64,000 nt of DNA from Phallusia mammillata (lineage: Eukaryota): NCBI GenBank assembly GCA_965637545.1, contig OZ281500.1, forward strand, positions 21,018,001 to 21,082,000, read 5' to 3'. The notes beneath the pieces were generated by a model, which had not been told where the DNA came from, did not search any database, and saw only the letters and a program-made list of their open reading frames with translations. Positions 61,162 through 64,000 of the stretch are shown piece after piece. The position numbers were made by a program, and so were the translations under genes. How positions within the stretch are numbered: position 1 is the stretch's first letter; each line of letters starts with the position of its first letter.

Positions 61162-63551
61162 ACCTTACGTTAATTTAGATCAAGGGTCTTAAACTCAAAC
61201 TACTTTACGGGCCAAAAACAAACTTTTAAGTACGTCGAGGGCCGCACTATCGATATAGAAAAAAAAATGCAAGATTAAAAAGTAAAATGTTCATTTATGC
61301 CATTAGTTACTTTAAAAAACAATTTTGTAATAAATAACAAACCGATTTACAGTGTAGCAAAGTGAAAGAGTCAACTGTGCTATATTGCTTTGTGCGGAAA
61401 CAATGGCCTACAATGACGCAAAAATGTGTTAAGTATGACGCACCAATCACAATTGCTGATTTAAAAAATGGGCTCGTTTAATCATTCTGTAAGAACGTTG
61501 CATATAACAACTAACTTTAGTTAAAGTTAAATTTCTTTATGAAGATAAAACCTGTCTATAAACCAAATCTAGTTCCACTCCACCAAGTGATTTTAATATA
61601 GGCTATAACACACAAACAATTATTATACACAAGACATAATGCTAATACATACAACTGTCAACACCACAGTAATCTGGCATTCAGTTCTAAAGAAACTGCA
61701 TTCAACAAGCGTACAACTTTACAGGCAACAACAGGGCAATCAGTTCAGCATATACACGCTGGACGACTGCCCGAGGATAACACTCTCCCTTTCGTAACGA
61801 AAGGAACCGTATAAGTACTATGTCGTAGGTATGTGAACGCAAGAAAGAGCGATTACATGAAAAGCCCCAATACAAAAGAATGATGAAAGTTACACAATTA
61901 AACAGAATTAGCCGGCTATCGTTCATTTGAAGTACGACACTTTGTAGCTTAATTTGGCAGCGTTTACGTCATAGAGATTTCTCCCGAGTGTCCAGCGTTG
62001 GTCAGCAAATTGACCTGTCCTGAGGGCAAATTGCACGACGTCTTGTTTCAGGTTGTTAGACCGATTATAGTTTGTTGTAATCAAACATGTTGGTTTTAAA
62101 CCCAACACTTACCTGACAATATGTAGACTTGACATAAAATAGTGGTGTCAATGATTAACTTCTTGTTGGAAGCCGGGCTTTTCGGGCCGGGTTCGGGCTT
62201 AGGTATTTGTGAGAAAATGGGCTTAAAACGTGCCTGACTTTACATTCCGTGTTCGCCATTTAAAACAATATTACTCAGCTAAGTAACTCTGGTTTTGACC
62301 TAATGCCCACCCTACTCTAAAACGTATTGTTTACCCCATTGCCTACTATCATTCATTGTGTTTGTTGTCTATCTCTTTTTTCTTTCTCGTCCTTTGTTGC
62401 AAGGCTTTCGTGGATAGGCCTGTCAATCAAAATTTCGGGCCTAAACGGGCTTCGCAAAAACGTTTCGGGTTCGGGCCGGGTTCGGGCTCAGATTTCGGGC
62501 CCGCTTGCAACTCTGGTTGGAAGCAACAATTTAAGACAATAAAACCGCACATGTTCACTGAACTGTTGTGATAACGAACAAGTTACTAAAATTTTGCATG
62601 TTCAAAAAATAGGTTTATTTAACTCCGATCATCAAAATAGTGTCTAGCCTATCTTGCGTCTGTGATCTAAAAAGTTTTGACAAATAAGTTACTGATAATA
62701 ATTAATCTATCATATCCTGAGAGTAAAAAAACCTTTCGTTTGCGAACGATGGCGGACTTTATTTTTGCAACTGTTTGATTTTTGTCGTAACGGGTAATAA
62801 CTATTTTGGGTGTCGATTTAATGGTAAAAACAAAGATATTTGTTATGAATTGTACGCCATATATACAGTGATGGGATTTAATTTTTTTGTCAGCCGATTC
62901 TTTTACAAAAGTCATATTTTTCAGCCGGTTCTGTTAAAAAGTTGCTCTAGTCTAAATTAACAAAACGCAATTGATGAAAGATTATTCCTTATAGATTTAA
63001 TTTTTGTCCAGTCAACCATAAACAACCCGAATGCGGAATTTACTTTTCACAATTTAGAAACTCTGAGTGTTGTGTGTTAAATTGCGTATTTGATTTTTGG
63101 CAGACATGCGATGTGTTTAAAAAAACAAGCCTGGAAATTGTCTCAGTGGGAATTGACTTCGCAAAATGAAATCACTCTTTTTGGCTGGGTTTAAAACTGT
63201 TGTGTTTATCTTTATGAGCCTGACGTGTTTTGACAAATCCTCGCAAATTGTCTTAATTAAGAATGCGTGTTGCTAAAATATTGCATGCATATAATCTAAT
63301 TTTATTTTTTGTCTAACAACAACAAAACATTTTTTTAGATAATCATTTCCGTTTATTGACGCGACATGAAAAAACCCGACTTGACAAACGTTGACGACTT
63401 CATGTTTTTTCTCTCCTGAATTGAGGGTGTAAAATAAAGAAGTGTTAAAATTTTGTGTCAATATATTAGACGTAGTGTTTAACACAAAGCAAATAGGTAG
63501 CTATATCAAAAACATGTTTTTATTTGTCACCTAATGTTTCTGTTGTGTTTC

Positions 63552-63634
63552 TTATTTTTTCTCATCGTTTCGTTCGTTGTATTCTCTTTCCAGTTCATCG
63601 AAGGTTTCGACAACGTCCTCAAGTTGAGCGAGTG
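63552..63634 (-). CDS. Putative terminal coding exon of an unidentified upstream minus-strand gene (…LAQLEDVVETFDELEREYNERNDEKK*)
   Basis: Strong acceptor (ttttgttttgcag), open phase-1 frame with a charged, helical-looking peptide, TAA, and AATAAA about 30 nt downstream (~63518-63523). The rest of the gene is outside the window. Confidence 0.55.
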
Positions 63635-63732
63635 CTGCAAAACAAAAGTAAATGAAAATAACATAGTACCTTAAAACAAAAAACTGCTGAGCTTATAGAA
63701 ACACGTTTCCAATAACCACAATACCTATATAA

Positions 63733-63915
63733 CAGTGGTGGGATTCAGTCGGTTCGCACCGGTTCTATAGAATTGTCTCACGAAATTTTATGACATTAGC
63801 GAACCGGTTACCATCACTGGTTATTGTCAATGGACTTTTTGTAACAGAAACGCCGGCTGAAGAAAATGACTTTTGTGACATAACCGACTGACAAAAAAAT
63901 TGAATCCCACCACTG
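63733..63915. mobile_element. MITE (TIR CAGTGGTGGGATTCA / TGAATCCCACCACTG)
   Basis: Perfect 15-bp TIR; homologous to 18809-18979. Confidence 0.8.
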
Positions 63916-64000
63916 CAAGAACACAACTTTATAACATACTTTATACGTTGTCAGTTTCTCATTCGATAAATCACAAATAGAAAGGTTTGCGGTACAAAGG

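Overview
Eukaryotic, AT-rich, intron-dense animal DNA with short GT-AG introns. It resembles a compact invertebrate chordate (tunicate-like) genome, but the taxon is an inference. Most entries in the ORF track are spurious or exon fragments. Spliced models built by hand give: (1) a 5'-incomplete phospholipase D1/2 gene (+, 1093-25535) with both HKD motifs and a loop made of many micro-exons; (2) a tandem pair of SLC22A15-like transporters (+); (3) a tandem pair of TMEM216/TMEM80-family ciliary transition-zone genes (+); (4) a tandem pair of glutamine-dependent asparagine synthetases (-); (5) the last exon of an unidentified minus-strand gene near 63.6 kb. Introns and intergenic DNA carry many hAT- and Tc1/mariner-type MITEs with clean TSDs, plus tRNA-derived elements. 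The most notable signal is a ~283-nt retrozyme-like repeat family carrying type I hammerhead ribozymes (5 copies), together with a second, Penelope-type minimal hammerhead family (3 copies). Several copies lie on the sense strand of the ASNS genes. The two retrozyme copies with intact cores in ASNS copy 2 are each preceded by their own antisense segment, which could block folding.
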